From: Chiloscyllium plagiosum
Taxonomy: Eukaryota
Assembly (NCBI RefSeq): GCF_004010195.1
Contig: NC_057719.1
Location: 71,676,800-71,740,799, forward strand
Length of the DNA stretch: 64,000 nucleotides
Direction of reading: 5' to 3'
The notes under the pieces were generated by a model. That model did not search any database. It saw only the letters and a program-made list of their open reading frames with translations, and was not told where the DNA came from. Positions 11,158-24,712 of this stretch are shown here, one piece after another. Position 1 is the first letter of the stretch; each line of letters begins with the position of its first letter. Both the position numbers and the translations under genes were made by a program.

Positions 11158-13104
11158 TGCAGCGGATACAGTAAATGATGTGTGTGGAGGTGCAGGTGAA
11201 TTTGTGACGGATATAGAAGGATCTATTGGGGCCTTGGAGGGAGGTGAGGGGGGAGGTGTGGGCGCAAGTTTTGCACTTCTTGCCGTTGCAGGGGAAGGTG
11301 CCGGGAGTGAAGGTTGGGTTGGTGGGGGGTGTGGACCTGACGAGGGAGTCGCGGAGGGAGTGGTCTCTCCTGAATGCTGATAGGGGTGGAGAGGGAAATA
11401 TATCCCTGGTGGTGGGGTCTGTATGGAGGTGGCGGAAATGACGGAGGATGATACGATGTATCCGGAGGTTGGTGGGGTGGAAGGTGAGGACCAGTGGGGT
11501 TCTGTCCCAGTGGCGATTGGAGGGGCGGGGTATCTTCAGCATGTCCCAAGTGCAAGGTCTGCACGGGCACTCTTACCCATTGTCTTTGGTCTTGTGACAG
11601 GCTTCAAACATATTGGAGCTTTGTGGTGGGTGCAATGGAGAGGATTTTAGGTATAGGGGTGGAGGAGAACCCATTTCTCTCCTTTTGGGCCTACCCATTG
11701 TATTTCCTGCAGACGTGCATAAGAAAAAACTTTTCAATACTCTTACATTCTGTACAAGGAAGAATATCTTCCGAGGTTGGATATCTGAAAAACCCCCGTC
11801 CTGTCGGGTTGGTGGAAGGTTGTTATGGAGCATATTCCCCTGGATTTTCTCACAAATATGGTACACCACAAAACTGAGAATTTTTACAAGACATGGCAAC
11901 TCTTTTTGAAATACCTGGACACCGATTTATCTGCCACACTAACAAGGGCTTTTATATAGCCGTAACGATTGTGTTTCATGAGTCCAATATCCAGGGAGGA
12001 GGAACTGTGAATGTATGAGTATTTTGTTTGGCTGGGCTGAGTTATTACTATTTATTTGTTTGTTGTTATTTATTTATTTAGTTAAATAGCTAGTTTAGGT
12101 TTTTTAAAAATTTTATACTTCTCTATATATGTTTATACATTCGTATAGGAGGGTGGGTTGGGGAATTTCTTTTATTATTTGGGTTTGGTTTAGTACTATT
12201 TTGTACTGTTTTGAATTGCATTGTTATGTATTTGTTGTAATATTTAAAAATCTATTTTTTCTTAATAAAAATATATTACAAAAAAAGTGGTTCACCCCTC
12301 CTAAACTTAATATGTAATCTGAATTATACCAACAACTGCTGATTTTTAAAAGTGTCTTAAATAAGTAACTTGGAAATGTGCAGTATTAGAATTCTGTAAA
12401 ATATTCAAAATGTTTGATATCTTGAAGGCTTTTCTAAATTTTTTTTCAATGTCCCATTTACCTGATCAATCTATAAAGCTGTTAAAGTGAATCTGAATAC
12501 TGTGAAACTGGATAACAATTGCAAAATTAAGACTTTATATAATAGAAAATGATTTTATTTTCAAATTTCAGCAGCTGGCTCAATCACATACCTGAAGTAT
12601 AATGTACATACATCTGGACTAAATGACTTAAAAATTATATTGCTTTTTTAAACTCAATTACTAAGTGACTAATTTGGCATGAGTTTTACAATCTAATTTC
12701 CTCCATTCTTGATTATATAGTACAAACCATTCAAAGAGAATAAGGATCATTTTTAGAATTATCAAATATAATTTCATCCTTCGTCACATCAAATGCTTAC
12801 AAGAATTAAACTTCCTCTTGACAAAATCAAGTTGACAAAAAAATTAGTTTGCAGTTCTTCATACTGACTTTATTTATTATTTAAACTTTTGGGCCACTTT
12901 TCCCCTTACACCACTCCTAACCCTGTACCATACCTAAAGTTGCAGCATAGCAGTCAATTAATTCAGATTACTCAAATACTGATCAAGGTACAATTACAGC
13001 AAGGATCAGGGTTCAAGTGGTTAACAAAAATGTAAAACATGGAACTAAAAGGAAAATACATGTATTGGTGATAATTTAAAAACAAGTTCTAATATACAAT
13101 ATAG

Positions 13105-13918
13105 ATGAGCAGATGGAGTTTAATTTAGGGGAATGCGAGGTGCTGCATTTTGGGAAAGCAAATCTTAGCAGGACTTATACACTTAACGGTAAGGTCCTTG
13201 GGAGTGTTGCTGAACAAAGAGACCTGGTAGTGCGGATTCATAGCTCCTTGAAAGTAGAGTCGCATGTAGATAGGATAGTGAAGAAGGCATTTGGTATACG
13301 TTCCTTTATTAGTTAGAGTACTGAGTACAGGAGTTGGGAGGTCATGTTGCGGCTATACAGGACATTGGGTTCAGCAGCTTTTGGAACATTGCGTGCAATT
13401 CTGGTCTCCTTCCTATTGGAAGGATGTTATAATACTTGAAAGGGTTCAGAAAAGATTTGCAAGGATGTTGCCAGGGTTGGAGCTATAGGGAGAGGTTGAA
13501 TAGGCTAGGGTTGTTTTGCCTGGAGCGTAGGAGGTTGAGGGGTGCCCTTATAGAGGTATAAAATCATGAATGGCATGGATTGGATAAATAGACAAGGTCT
13601 TTTCCCAGGGGTGAGGGAGTCCAGAACTAGACAGCATAGGTTTAGGGTGAGAGGGGAAAGATATAAAAGGGACCTAAGGGGCAACTTTTTCACACAGAGG
13701 GTGGTGCGTGTATGGAATGAGCTGCCATAGAAAGTGGTGGAAGCTAGTACAATTACATCATTTAAAAGGCACCTGGATGGGTATATGGATAGGAAGGGTT
13801 TGGAGGGGTATGGGCCGGGCACTGGTAGGTGGGACTAGATTGGGTTGGGATATCTGGTTGGTATGTACGAGTTGGATCAAAGGGTCTGTTTCTGTGCTGT
13901 ACATCTCTATGACTCTAT
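13105..13918 (+). mobile_element. CR1 LINE 3' fragment
   Basis: MEFNLGECEVLHFG, HCVQFWSP, VQKRFARMLPG; ctctatgactcta tail. Confidence 0.93.
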
Positions 13919-16629
13919 ATGCTCATTATTTTAATTGAGTTACCTCTTGGGTAGGACTGTAGCTGGAAAATCTGAACCACTCAAGTTCTGATCTAAATTA
14001 GACTTTGATTGCGTTGTAATTTCAGTTTAATGTTTTGAGGTGGAAGCATCAAGCAGCCAGTATTGCAAATCTGGATTAGTAATGAGCAACACTGAGTGTG
14101 CCAAGTATTTTGTTGCAATCTAGATTCTGTAAAAACTGTAGCAAAGAAAACAGCCAGTTTGTTAATGATTTACCACAGCTCACTTATTCATTGAGAAACG
14201 TAATTTGTACGCATTTTGCACCAATTACTGGGTCTCAGTAAATAGTGTTGTCCTTGAATTAATTTGTTACTGTTTTGACTTGGTATACCAAGAATTAAAA
14301 GGGAAGATTTCTGGGAGGAGTCATAGAGTCATGTATCAAGATTCTGGATTTATATGTTTTGATCGATAATTATGCATTGCGAGGAGCCAGCATGCGGAGA
14401 CGACCTGTTTTCTGCTTGGATGCAGCAAGTGCTTATCACAGATAACTGTATCAAATTGCATTTGACCCAGACACAGCAGAAATTTCTAATATCCTGTGCA
14501 CAGAAATAAGAATTTATGGGATGGAAGGAAGAGTTAGACTTCATCTGCTCTGTTGATTTTTTGATAATGCGGATCCAGTATGGAACATATTGCTTAATAA
14601 GATGACTGTTTTTAATTTGGAATGGTTCTGAATTCTGTTAATCTAATTTCATAACCAACAGTTCATCACGAAATTGTACCTTCTGGTCTGGTTAGTCTTC
14701 ACACAGACATAACACTGGCTAACCTAAGCTTTTTACAAAGAATTACTTATTGAATCTGAACTATGGATTTGTGCTATTAATAACAGCAGGCTCTTCTGGA
14801 ATTGAACTTTCACTTGATTGCCAGGCTTGTACCATTCGGTATCATGATTTTTTTCTACACACTATTTTGTAATTTGCTCCAAATTACATTGTGATCTTTG
14901 GGTAGAACAGACAATGCCTGAAAGGGTCAAATATGAGAGGTAAAAATCAAAATGTATCATGATAAATCCAGTTCGGCTCTATTCAAAAATGCAACTCATA
15001 TTGTGATAATATATTGGTACACTATTATGCTAAAGACTGGATCATTGTACAGCTGAGATATCCTTTCTTAGATGAAGGCAAAAGTAAAACAATGCATATT
15101 TTTATATTTTGACTTGGAATTTATAACAAGGGTATCTTTCTAAAGTAGCATATCATGTAGTATATAAAGTCAAAACTTCCTTAAAACACTTGCTAAACTG
15201 TGTGGATGTGGTGAAAGCAGGAATACTAAACTTGTGATTTACGATTTAGAACAAACTAGCAATAACTAATTGGCCCGTTTCCCTTTTATCCAATACATTT
15301 TGATGTGAAGACTTGAAATCTGTATTTAAATACTTCAATTTAAATTGAGAGAAATATATATCCTCCCAAAACATACATTTTTCTTCAAAATAATGGTTCC
15401 TTCAGAAATTGGCACTTAATTGCACAGGAGGTTTATAATGCATTACAGATAACAAACAAAACTATTGTAAAGCTTGCGTGCACCATTGAAATCTTCATTT
15501 TAAACTATTTCCTCGAATTTTCAAAACCTAATGGTTACTGTTCTCTAACAAAAACACTGTACAAAAGAAGTAGAAACAGATTAATGGAAAATGTTTTGAG
15601 TATCCACCCATTCCTGTCTCCTTAGGAAAATTAGGACTGATAACCAGGCCTCCGTTGCCAAGGGAGCAAAGACTATGAGAATAAAATATCACAAACTAGA
15701 ACTTACAACACAGTAGCACATGTTGCCTGGAACACATCTTACAAAGAGTTGTTTAGTAAAATTCAATGTGTGCTTTACCTTCCAAATCATTCTTAAAACT
15801 AAATTTTAAAACCCCAGGTTCTGGCATCGTTTGTGGTTCATTAAGAGATTACTTCACAGTATCCATTCATTAAAGTATTTTCCTTACCACTATAAAAGCA
15901 ATTGCTAATATCTGATTTACTTATCTCTATATCTATATCAGTTGAGAGAGCGACGGCTTCTAATTTTACAGCAGCACGGTAGCAGATAAGCCTTCTTGTC
16001 ACATACAACCCAGCTACCACTATTTCATTAGGCAAATCAGACTCCAGCAGGAAAATACAACAGAACACTTAGTTACCTAATCAAGATTTCACATGGTTAT
16101 GAAGGCTGACATTTTATTTGTCTACATTATATCGCGTAACTACAACTATTGTCTCATTGCTTTGATGGTTGAGTGTTCCAACAAGGAGACCAGTTGCTCA
16201 CTGTGCAGGTTGCTGTCATCACAGATGTGATGTTAATTGGACTCTTCAATAGCAGATCCACTTGCAAATGTTACACATGAAGTTACCATTGAAGGGATAG
16301 TGGTTGCTCTGGTTTGGGCCATAATCATTTGTACTATAGGGACCGGACTCTGTTCTACTGAGACAGTTTTATGACAGAGTCTTTGCTACTAGTTCTGTCC
16401 AGGGTTGGTTATCTTCCATGTAATAGGGTCTACCTCACAGGCTCTGAGACTGGCTTACAGAATTTCATTTGTCAGTACGTTTGGGATGTCCTATGACAGA
16501 TTACTACTTTGTTCAGCTGAGTGATATGGAGAATTCCTCCATGTGAACCACATGGCCAACCTTGCAGAAGTGAGCTCAGATGAGCATGCCCTCACTACCA
16601 GATATGCAACACCTTGCAATAAATTTTTT

Positions 16630-16872
16630 GTTAATATTTTTCAGGGACTGAGGGCATTTCTAGTATATATTGTCCAACTCTAAGTGGCCTGGAGAAAATG
16701 CTGCCTTGCCTAATCCTTGCAATTGACAATGCTGTTAGAGAGGGAGTTCCAGGATTTTACCAAGTGACAGTGAAGGAATGGAAATATTTTTCCAAGTCAG
16801 GGTAGTGAGTGGTTTGAAGGGCAATTTGCAGGTGGTGTTCCCATGTATCTGAAGCACTTGTTCTTTTAGATG
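16630..16872 (-). mobile_element. Old CR1/L2-group LINE 3' tail fragment
   Basis: agggagttccaggatttt...acagtgaaggaa...ccaagtcagg, also at 54590-54790. Confidence 0.6.
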
Positions 16873-16884
16873 TTCACGGAATTC

Positions 16885-18940
16885 CAGGCTGATGTGCTGC
16901 ACTTCACATCATTTAAGGAGCCTTTTCCTCCAATACGTTGTTTAATTGTACACAACTATATGTGGAGGGACTGCAGAGCTCAGATTCAATCCATTGGTTC
17001 TGCAGTCACCTATCCCTGTCTAACCTTTGCTGTTTATGCTACTGGCATGCAAATTCTGTACTCTTTGACTTCCTGCAGTCTTTACTGCTGGGAATTTTGA
17101 CTTGCCACTTGATGATCCAGATGAGTTCAGAGATTATCTATAACTGCTGAACTAAAATATCATATATACCTGTGCAGAAATTAAACTTTTGAGAACATTT
17201 CCATAGGCTAAAAGTCATCTGTCAACCACTGAGAAGTTCTGGATTGTATCTTGTTAATGGTACACACTGCTGTACATCAGGGGATGTGGTGAATGTTTGT
17301 GGATGCGGTTTGCCCTGAATGGTGTCAAGTTTCTTGTGTACTGGTTGAGCTGCACCCAACCAAGCCAGTGGGGAGCATTCCATCACACTGCTATCTTGTG
17401 CCTTGTAGATAGTGGACAAGATTGGAGAGTCTGGACGTTAATTACTTACTGCAGTATTCCCAGCCTCTGATGTGCGCTTGTTGCCATTGTATTTATATGA
17501 CAAGTCCAGTTGAGTTTCCGGTCAATGTTAACCGCCTCTCCATGATTTTGATAGTGGGATATTCAGTGATGGCAAACTCATTGAATGTCAAGGGGCGGTG
17601 GTTAGATTCTCTGACTGGAGATGGTCATTGACTGCGACTTGTGTTGTGTGAATATTACTTGTCACTCATCAGCCTAAGCTTGAATATTGTCCAGGTCTAG
17701 CTGCATTTTGACATGGACTGCTGTAGTATCTAAAGTAATAAAAATAAGCTGAACATTGTACAATCATTGACAAACATTCCCAGTTCTTACATTATGATTG
17801 AGGGAAGGTCATTGATGAAGCAGCTGAAGATAGCTGGGCCTGGGACACTATCCTGAGGAACTCCTGCAGAGATGTCCTGGAGCTGAGATGATTGACCTCC
17901 AACAACCTCAACCATCCTCCTATGTGCCAAGTATAACTTTAACTAGTAGAGCGTTTTCCCTCTGATTTCTAGTGATTTCAGTTTTGCTGGGGCTTCTTGA
18001 TGGCACACTCAGTTAAATGCTGCCTTGATGTCAATATTAATGTTGCAGCTGGAATTCCTTATCTTTGTCTATGTTTAAACCAAAGCTGTAATGAGGTTAG
18101 AGGCTGAGAGGTTTTGGTGGTTACTGCTGAGCAGGAGTTGTTTGATAGCATTGTTGATGAACACCTCCCATCACTTTAGAGATGATCGAGAGTAGACTGA
18201 TGGGACAGTAATTGGCTGGGTTGGGTTTGCCCTACTTTTTGTGTACAGGACATACACACCTGGACAATTTTCCACATTGTCAGTTAGATGTCACACTGTA
18301 CCTGTACTGCAGCAGCCTTGGCTAGAGGATCGGCAGGTTCTGGAGCACGAGTCCTCAGTGCTGTTGCAGGAATGCCGATAGGATTTGCCATATTCAGTGT
18401 TCTGATTTCACATTTCTTGGTATCGCATGCAGTGAATCAAATTGATTGAAGTCTGTCACCAGTAATGCTGGGAACCTCCAGAGGAGGCAGAGATGGATGA
18501 TATACTTGGCATTTCCGGCTGAAGGTTGTTCTTTAGCCTTTTTTTTGGGCTGATGTGCTGGACTCCACTATCGTTGGGATGGGGATATTTAAGAAGCCTC
18601 TTCCACCACTACCTTGTTTAATTGTCCATAACTATTCATAACTAGAATGTGATAAGACTGCAAAGACTGCAAAGACTGCAAAGATTCAATCCATTGTTTC
18701 TGCAATCACTTATGCCTGTCTATCCTTTGCTGTTTTTGCTGCTGGCATGCAAACTCTGCACTTTTTGGCATGCTCTCCTGCACTCTTTAATGTTAGGAAT
18801 TTTGACTTGGCACTTGATAATGCAGATAGACATTAACATGTAGAGCTCTGAGACTGTATCCGAACTTCTGAAGTAAAATACCACATACATACTTGTGCAG
18901 AAATTTAACTTTTAAGATAAATTTTTGCCAAAAGTCATCA
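16885..18940 (+). repeat. Diverged direct duplication: about 16885-17220 and 18549-18938
   Basis: Shared blocks gctgatgtgctg, gattcaatccattg, ctggcatgcaaa, ggaattttgacttg, tgtgcagaaatt, aaaagtcatc in the same order. Confidence 0.85.
17222..18650 (-). mobile_element. Decayed CR1/L2-group LINE RT region
   Basis: STIYKAQDSSVMECSPLAW; reverse-complement similarity to the LINE at 29520-30335 (gaagcagctgaagat...cctgaggaactc). Confidence 0.8.
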
Positions 18941-19254
18941 ACATTTACAAGGGTAATATCTTTGAGTGCTTGTCAAAAAAATCCAAAAAATACTGCAGTG
19001 GAATAAAATGAAAGCTAACAAAACTAAGGAATTAATATTGGTTATCTAACATGTATTACTTTTACAAGATTCCAAACTATACACATAACATTGATTAACT
19101 GTCTAGCGTTTATTTGTTTTATAATCTTTTGCACTAAACGCATTTAATTCAACACAATATAAATATGTACTAAACCATGACTATGCTGCATTCAGTTAAA
19201 ATATCACACTGATCATCATCTGAATCACCAAACAAATAATGCTGATCAAAGGGT

Positions 19255-20300
19255 TATATAGCATCAGTGTAACATCACCAAAAATTGTAACTTCAGTACC
19301 ATCAATCCACAAATTATCACATCTTTCAGATAATGTCCTTAAGATCTTTACGTACACTCACTTCCAAGGACTGAACAGTGCTCATTAGGCTGCTGGGAAT
19401 AGCTGCCATATTGGTGTTTGGCATATATTGTTGATGAGTTGGGTTTGAACATGACCCAGATGAGCAATTTTTTTTTGCATAGTCTTCCTGGTCTCAAATT
19501 CCACATTATTTTGATCAATTTCTTTCAGCTTTCATCAGTCCAGCCTTTTTTTGTGAACATCAATTCAAACACTTCTAAAATTCCTCTGAGTAAACTTTGC
19601 GCTTCAATGTCACCATCAGCTTTAATTTTGTGCCATCCATCATGTTAAGATTGAGCCACTATGAACCACGTCTTATCTTAGCCCTTGTTTTAAATTATGT
19701 ATTTATTAATTATGCTTTGTGAGGATGGTTTTATTACCAATCTTAGTAACAATCTCGTTTGCTGATTTGTCAGAAGTTTAGTGTTTAATCATTTCGCTCC
19801 AATACAGACTAACTGATCATATGTTCGCTCGATAATGGAGAATAAAATGGAGGAATCTGATGATTTTATTGAGTTCGGGTGGCAGTTGCTGTGAAAGTTC
19901 TTTTATCTGACACGAACTAAATTGAACCTTTTCTCAAATCTTTTCTTGTGCAGCATCTGGTCTGGTTTTGGCCTTGAATTCTGGAACACCATTTTCCTTC
20001 ACTTCCCTAAGGGCTTAAAGATGGATGGCTCTGTGAGTGATTACACAACCAATTTGCCAACACTCACTGGCCCATTTTGCAACGTTTTTGTCTAACTGAG
20101 GACACTTTCTCAGTCTTCCTCTGCTGGCACATCTTTTTCCCTTGGATCCTTTCTAATTTATTGGATATCTTTCTCCAGTCTCTGATTATCTTCCTGGAAG
20201 CATCAAATGCCCTTGTTGATGCTCAATTAATAGTCTTCTCAGCAAATGCTACAACTTCCAAGTTTAAATTAAATTGTGTAGGTGTTATTCTTTTTTGAAA
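19255..20300 (-). pseudogene. Fossil pogo-family (Tc1/mariner superfamily) transposase
   Basis: Manual minus-strand translation: LEVVAFAEK..N*ASTRAFDASRKIIRDWRK (Brinker-type DBD), DGTKLKLMVTLKRK, KGWTDE, WNLRPG, AAIPSSLMSTVQSLEVSVRKDLKD, DGTE; many stops. Confidence 0.85.
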
Positions 20301-20649
20301 TCATTGCAAGACAAATTGTCAAATAGTTGGGAAATGGCTTCTAGATTTGGCAGAGGAAAAATCTACAAGTTCCCCACATGCTTTCAAGTTAATGAATTGA
20401 ATTAATGAACTGGTAAAGATTTTAATTATTAAAAAACAATTTCATCCCTGAATAACAAGTGTCAAACTTTTACATACTTAAATGAAAAATTACATTTCTC
20501 CAGGCTAAAAAGTTATGGGGTCAATTTTCCCATGAGCATAAATGGTATCTTGCAAAGTATGTTTATTTTGGCTGTGTTTCCATGTATATGGAGTCACGAT
20601 ATTATGAGTTTATTCTATTGAATAATAAACACATTTATAAAACTTCTTT

Positions 20650-20975
20650 TGTAGGTTGTAGGTGTCATTGGCAAGGCCAGCATCTGTTGGCCATCCTTAA
20701 ACAACTTTGAACTGTGTGACCTGAGAGGCCAGTTTAGACAGCAGTTAAGAGTCAAGCACATTAGTGCAGACCTGGAGTCACAAGTCAACTAGACAAGATT
20801 AGAACAGCAGACCATTTTCCCCAAGAACAAAAAATTAGGTTTTTACATAGATTAGTAATAATTCTAACAGTTACCAATACTGAGACAAGCTCTATTAATT
20901 TATTTCAAATGGCATCAGCTGCCATGTTGGGACTTGAATCCATGTTCCCCAGTATTAGTCAGACCCTCTGATTTA
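20650..20975. mobile_element. Old SINE/LINE-tail fragment
   Basis: gtcattggcaaggccagcat...gcagttaagagtcaa...ctggagtcac, same family as 35030-35320. Confidence 0.6.
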
Positions 20976-21094
20976 TTAGTGAAGAGACATCATCTCTCTT
21001 AGAACCGTAGGGAGATATTGCATGGAATGGAGAGAAAAGGCCCCAGGTTGACAATAGTGTCCAAAGCAAAGTGAGCACTCTGCCTGTTTTTTAG

Positions 21095-21190
21095 TAGTGA
21101 GAAGGGTTACATCTGAAATGTCAACTTCTCCACCTCCTGATGCTGCCTGGCTTACTGTGTTCTTCCAGCCTCCTGCCTGTCTATTGTCTG
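21095..21190 (+). mobile_element. Short PLE terminus remnant
   Basis: gaagggttacatctgaaatgtc...tgatgctgcctggc...ttccagc, similar to the other PLE ends in the window. Confidence 0.6.
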
Positions 21191-24100
21191 TTAGCAGCAG
21201 CATTGAGTTTCAGCAGATTTTAATGAACACACCATTTGCTGATGCCCTGGTCAAAGTACTGTATAATAGCATAGTCCACAAGAAACCAAAGGGTTTCAGT
21301 ACTTTGACCAGGAGGTTGGCAAGTGGTGTGTTAATGAAATCTGGCCATTAAAATCTACCAAGACTTTGGAGGATGCTGCAGCAATCCCTCTTGTCCCACA
21401 AGGAACAAGTAACACATTCTTAAAAGTGTGTCTTATGGGTGCTGTTCCAGGCAAATTTCGCCTGAAGGGCAAGAAGACATTGCTATTTCCTGCTGAGTCA
21501 TAAAATTAAAGTAGCACGTTGGAAGATCTGGATGCTTAAAGAGAACCTTGATGACATGCATGCTGTCCTTGGCCTTTGCACCATTTAAATTGCAGTCAGT
21601 CAGATCAGACTGGGAAGGGAATAGCTGAGCTTACTGCTCTATTTTAACAGTTTTGTTCTACACTGCTGCTTACCACATCAGCACCCATTGGGTTTCCACA
21701 AGACATGTATGCTTACATCAGCTAATGAATGAACTCCAAGTTTTTGTTGTCTCTTCTCAGCGTATTTTGCACGCGTATAAAAATCATCCTCAGCTCATTT
21801 CAGATGGTCCAAGAAAGTAGCAACATGGCTACGCCATGAAGCAACCCTAGAAACCACCTCTCCCCACACCCAAAGGGTCACTCCCAACCCCTACCAAAGG
21901 AGCTCTCTTCCACCAGCCTTTGTCTTGAGAGAGAGGATGCAGCAACTTCAATGATGTGGCTTGCAGTCCGAGTGTCTGTCCACCAATGCCAATGGGCAAG
22001 ATGAGGTTTTGAGTCCCCAAATACCATTGATTACTATCTATCTGACAAATCATAAGATGTCAATAGGTCACAATGTTCTTTTACTCAGTGCTTCAGGAGA
22101 TCAGATTACAACCGAATGGCATGGGCTACAATAACACACTGCATGAGTAGAAACTGAAGATAGATTATCAGAAGTGATTATTCGCTCGTCTCTGGCAAAC
22201 TGGAGTAGCCCCTCAATTGGCCACACATTCAGGCCCTAAACTCTGCGACCTTTCAGAAGCCATTTTACTTGCTCCTGGCAATTTTATTGCTGTTTTGGTG
22301 ATATTGCAATCTCATTAAGCAGTTGACTTATGAATTGAAATGGTGAGTTTTACAACTTGCTTTTAGTAGATGGCAGTGAGTTGCAGACTCTCACTGTGAT
22401 CCACAATCTCCCCCATCTTTGTCACCTCCTCCAATTTGTTATCTTTCTTGGGGAATTTCTTCACCCTCCTTCTTTATAAGTTGGGCTCCATTACGTTACA
22501 ATCAATGATTTACCCCTTCATCGGCAGTATCAGAAAAAAAAAGCCTCAACTGAGCACACACTGGAGTCTCGTTACTGCATCCTGACTTACCTCCCTGTGC
22601 CCAGCCCTGGGTGCCTTCCTCTGCACCTTCCCTGGATTGAGGGCTGCAGTGATCATGACTTGTCTACACCAACCCCCTTCAAGACTGTCTCGTGTACTCC
22701 CTTGTCAAAGCAGATCCCAGCCTACAGTATACAATTGCTGCCTACAGTAACCGTTTCCACTTATGTTTTCCAGCTTTTAGTTTGTTTGAAGTCATTCACA
22801 AACCAAGCCTATTGTGCACAGTACCAGGAAGCATGTCCTTCCTGTCTGAAATCAACTCCAAGAAACAACTGGAATGCACACACCAGATGGAGCCTTAATA
22901 AGTTTGGTTTCTCTACTAGGCAACAGCATCTGATGTAGCCAATGCCAGATTATGTTTATTCTTCTTAGAAGCTAGCAGTTCTGCAGTATTTTACTCTACT
23001 CTGCTAAAGAATATCAGGAGGCTTTTTGATAATACAGGCTATCCACTAGTGAACAGGGGATCTTGAATTTGCACTTTCACAGATGTGCACTTCCAGGCAG
23101 TGATAACTGGATTCTGCTAAAGTATCTCCTCAACATTAACTATCCCTCTCACTTCTGTTTGTTCCATGGGCCACTTGTTAAACTGTGAGATTAATCCACA
23201 GCCAAGCTTAATGTTGGTTGTATATGCGTATTGTTTGTTCTAGGTACAGCACATTCCCCACTTATGCAAATAGATAAGCATACACACTGCTTTGCAAGAA
23301 CATTGTCCACCGCCTTAAGGACATTAAAGCTAACTGTTGTGTTTGAACTACTGCCAAGGATGAGATCAGACAGCAAGATTGATTCTGCAATCTTCCTGGT
23401 TTCTCATGGTTACCACATTGAACTATACATACATTTCATTTAGTAAACTGTTATTCATTATTTTAACCTCTATTTATCTAAAGGTATACAGGTAAACCAA
23501 TGACTTGCTTTGTAAAGCTCTCATCACACGACAAATCATACTGCTGTGTGACTGGCTAGTAAAAAATGTACAAAGAGCTCAGTAATGTCTTCCCCATCAT
23601 TCCTCAATGCTGAACCACCTTGTTTCCGTCAATGTTTGTTCAAAAGTTATTGCGGAGGTCAAGATCAAGTACATATCTAAGTCAGCAGCATTTCACCACT
23701 CATGTCATCAAACCATCAATTTGGATACATTAATTTGCTTTTCATCATCATGGTTGCTTTATTGTCATTACCGAAACTGCTGTAAGGAACTGTCAATCAT
23801 TTGGGTGAATTTTATGTTCCAGGTCAGCAATGTTCCAAAATGAACACTTTTCTATTTTGAGGACTCTGAGCCAACATGAATTGCAAATTAATCTATTGAT
23901 GATTGGCAGTTACATCCTGAGGCTTATTGACATGAATGCTCTGAAAATCATTGGCATTTTGGCAGTTCTCCCATATAAAGTAAAGGCAATTAACCTTTCT
24001 ACCCACCAGACTGGGAAGCATTGTTTTGTCTCTATGATCCAAACATACTGTTACATCATCCCCCAGCAAATGATAATCACCTCCAACAAAGTGGAATATG

Positions 24101-24191
24101 GAGGCAGAGGGTGGGCAAGTCCCCAGGTGTTTGATATTTTTACAGTGGAGGGAGAAGGTTTAATGTTTTGCATGAAAATGAGAGTTCTTAC

Positions 24192-24712
24192 CACTTACAA
24201 AATTCTGTGCAAGAACTGTAACAAACACTACATTGGACAACTAGCCACCAGGATACATGAACATCAACTAGCCACAAAACGACTTGACCCTCTCTCACTA
24301 ATATCCTTGCATACAGATAAGAAAAGACACCATTTCGACTGGGACAACACATCCATCCTAGGACAAGCTAAACAGAGACATGCACAAGAATTCCTAGAAG
24401 CATGGCATTCCAACCAGAACTCTATCAGCAAACACATCGAGTTAGACCCCATCTACCACCCCCTGAGAAAAAGAGCAGGAAATGACATCACCCCAACAAA
24501 TGACATCACCATGGGAGATGACATCACCAACCCAAAGAAACCCAAACATATGAATAGAAAGCAGGAATTATCAGCAGTGCTTCATCCGGAGGCCCACCGA
24601 AGATGTTCCCTAGTAGGGTGACGAATCATCTGGAAATGGACCTTCCAGATCAGCAAGCAAACTGACATCCAGAACCTCAACCTGAGCTACAAATCTTCTC
24701 AAAACTTGCTAC
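24192..24712 (+). mobile_element. Penelope-like element 3' part (GIY-YIG endonuclease and terminus)
   Basis: YKILCKNCNKHYIGQ...TRIHEH...HHFDWDNTSILG...FLEAWHS; decayed hammerhead core at about 24597-24630; tail aatcttctcaaaac. Confidence 0.9.

Larger units (their letters stand above)
10266..11526 (-). mobile_element. Penelope-like element (GIY-YIG region and 3' terminus) nested in L1 ORF2; spans a gap
   Basis: PLVLTFHP...CKKCKTC...FTCTSTHIIYCIRC; 18-bp TSD ggggt(c/a)tcttcagcatgt at 10248-10265 and 11527-11544. Confidence 0.9.
6070..11959 (+). pseudogene. L1 ORF2p (endonuclease/reverse transcriptase), frameshifted and interrupted
   Basis: TWNIKG, FQETH, FSDHAP, KAPGPDG, YRPILLLNVDFK, QQGCPLSPLLF, SGYKINFAKS, CPKC..TLTHCLWSC; the expected YADD codons are missing near 8980. 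Confidence 0.95.
4471..12284 (+). mobile_element. Full-length decayed L1-clade non-LTR retrotransposon with two nested insertions
   Basis: G-rich 5' end, ORF1, ORF2 (APE endonuclease, RT, CCHC), AATAAA at 12264 and A-tail; TSD aagtggttc at 4462-4470 and 12285-12293 next to a TTTT/AAAA site. Confidence 0.95.

Noticed and set aside
10474..11380. Long plus-strand ORFs of 234 and 267 aa
   Set aside because: Artefacts of reading through the N gap
17108..17152. C/D-box snoRNA-like tgatga...ctga
   Set aside because: Only about 40 nt between boxes, and the C box is not kept in the duplicate copy
23830..24621. 263-aa ORF as a host or domesticated nuclease gene
   Set aside because: Only the part after about 24192 is PLE GIY-YIG, with a deletion after YIGQ; the upstream part looks like chance open frame
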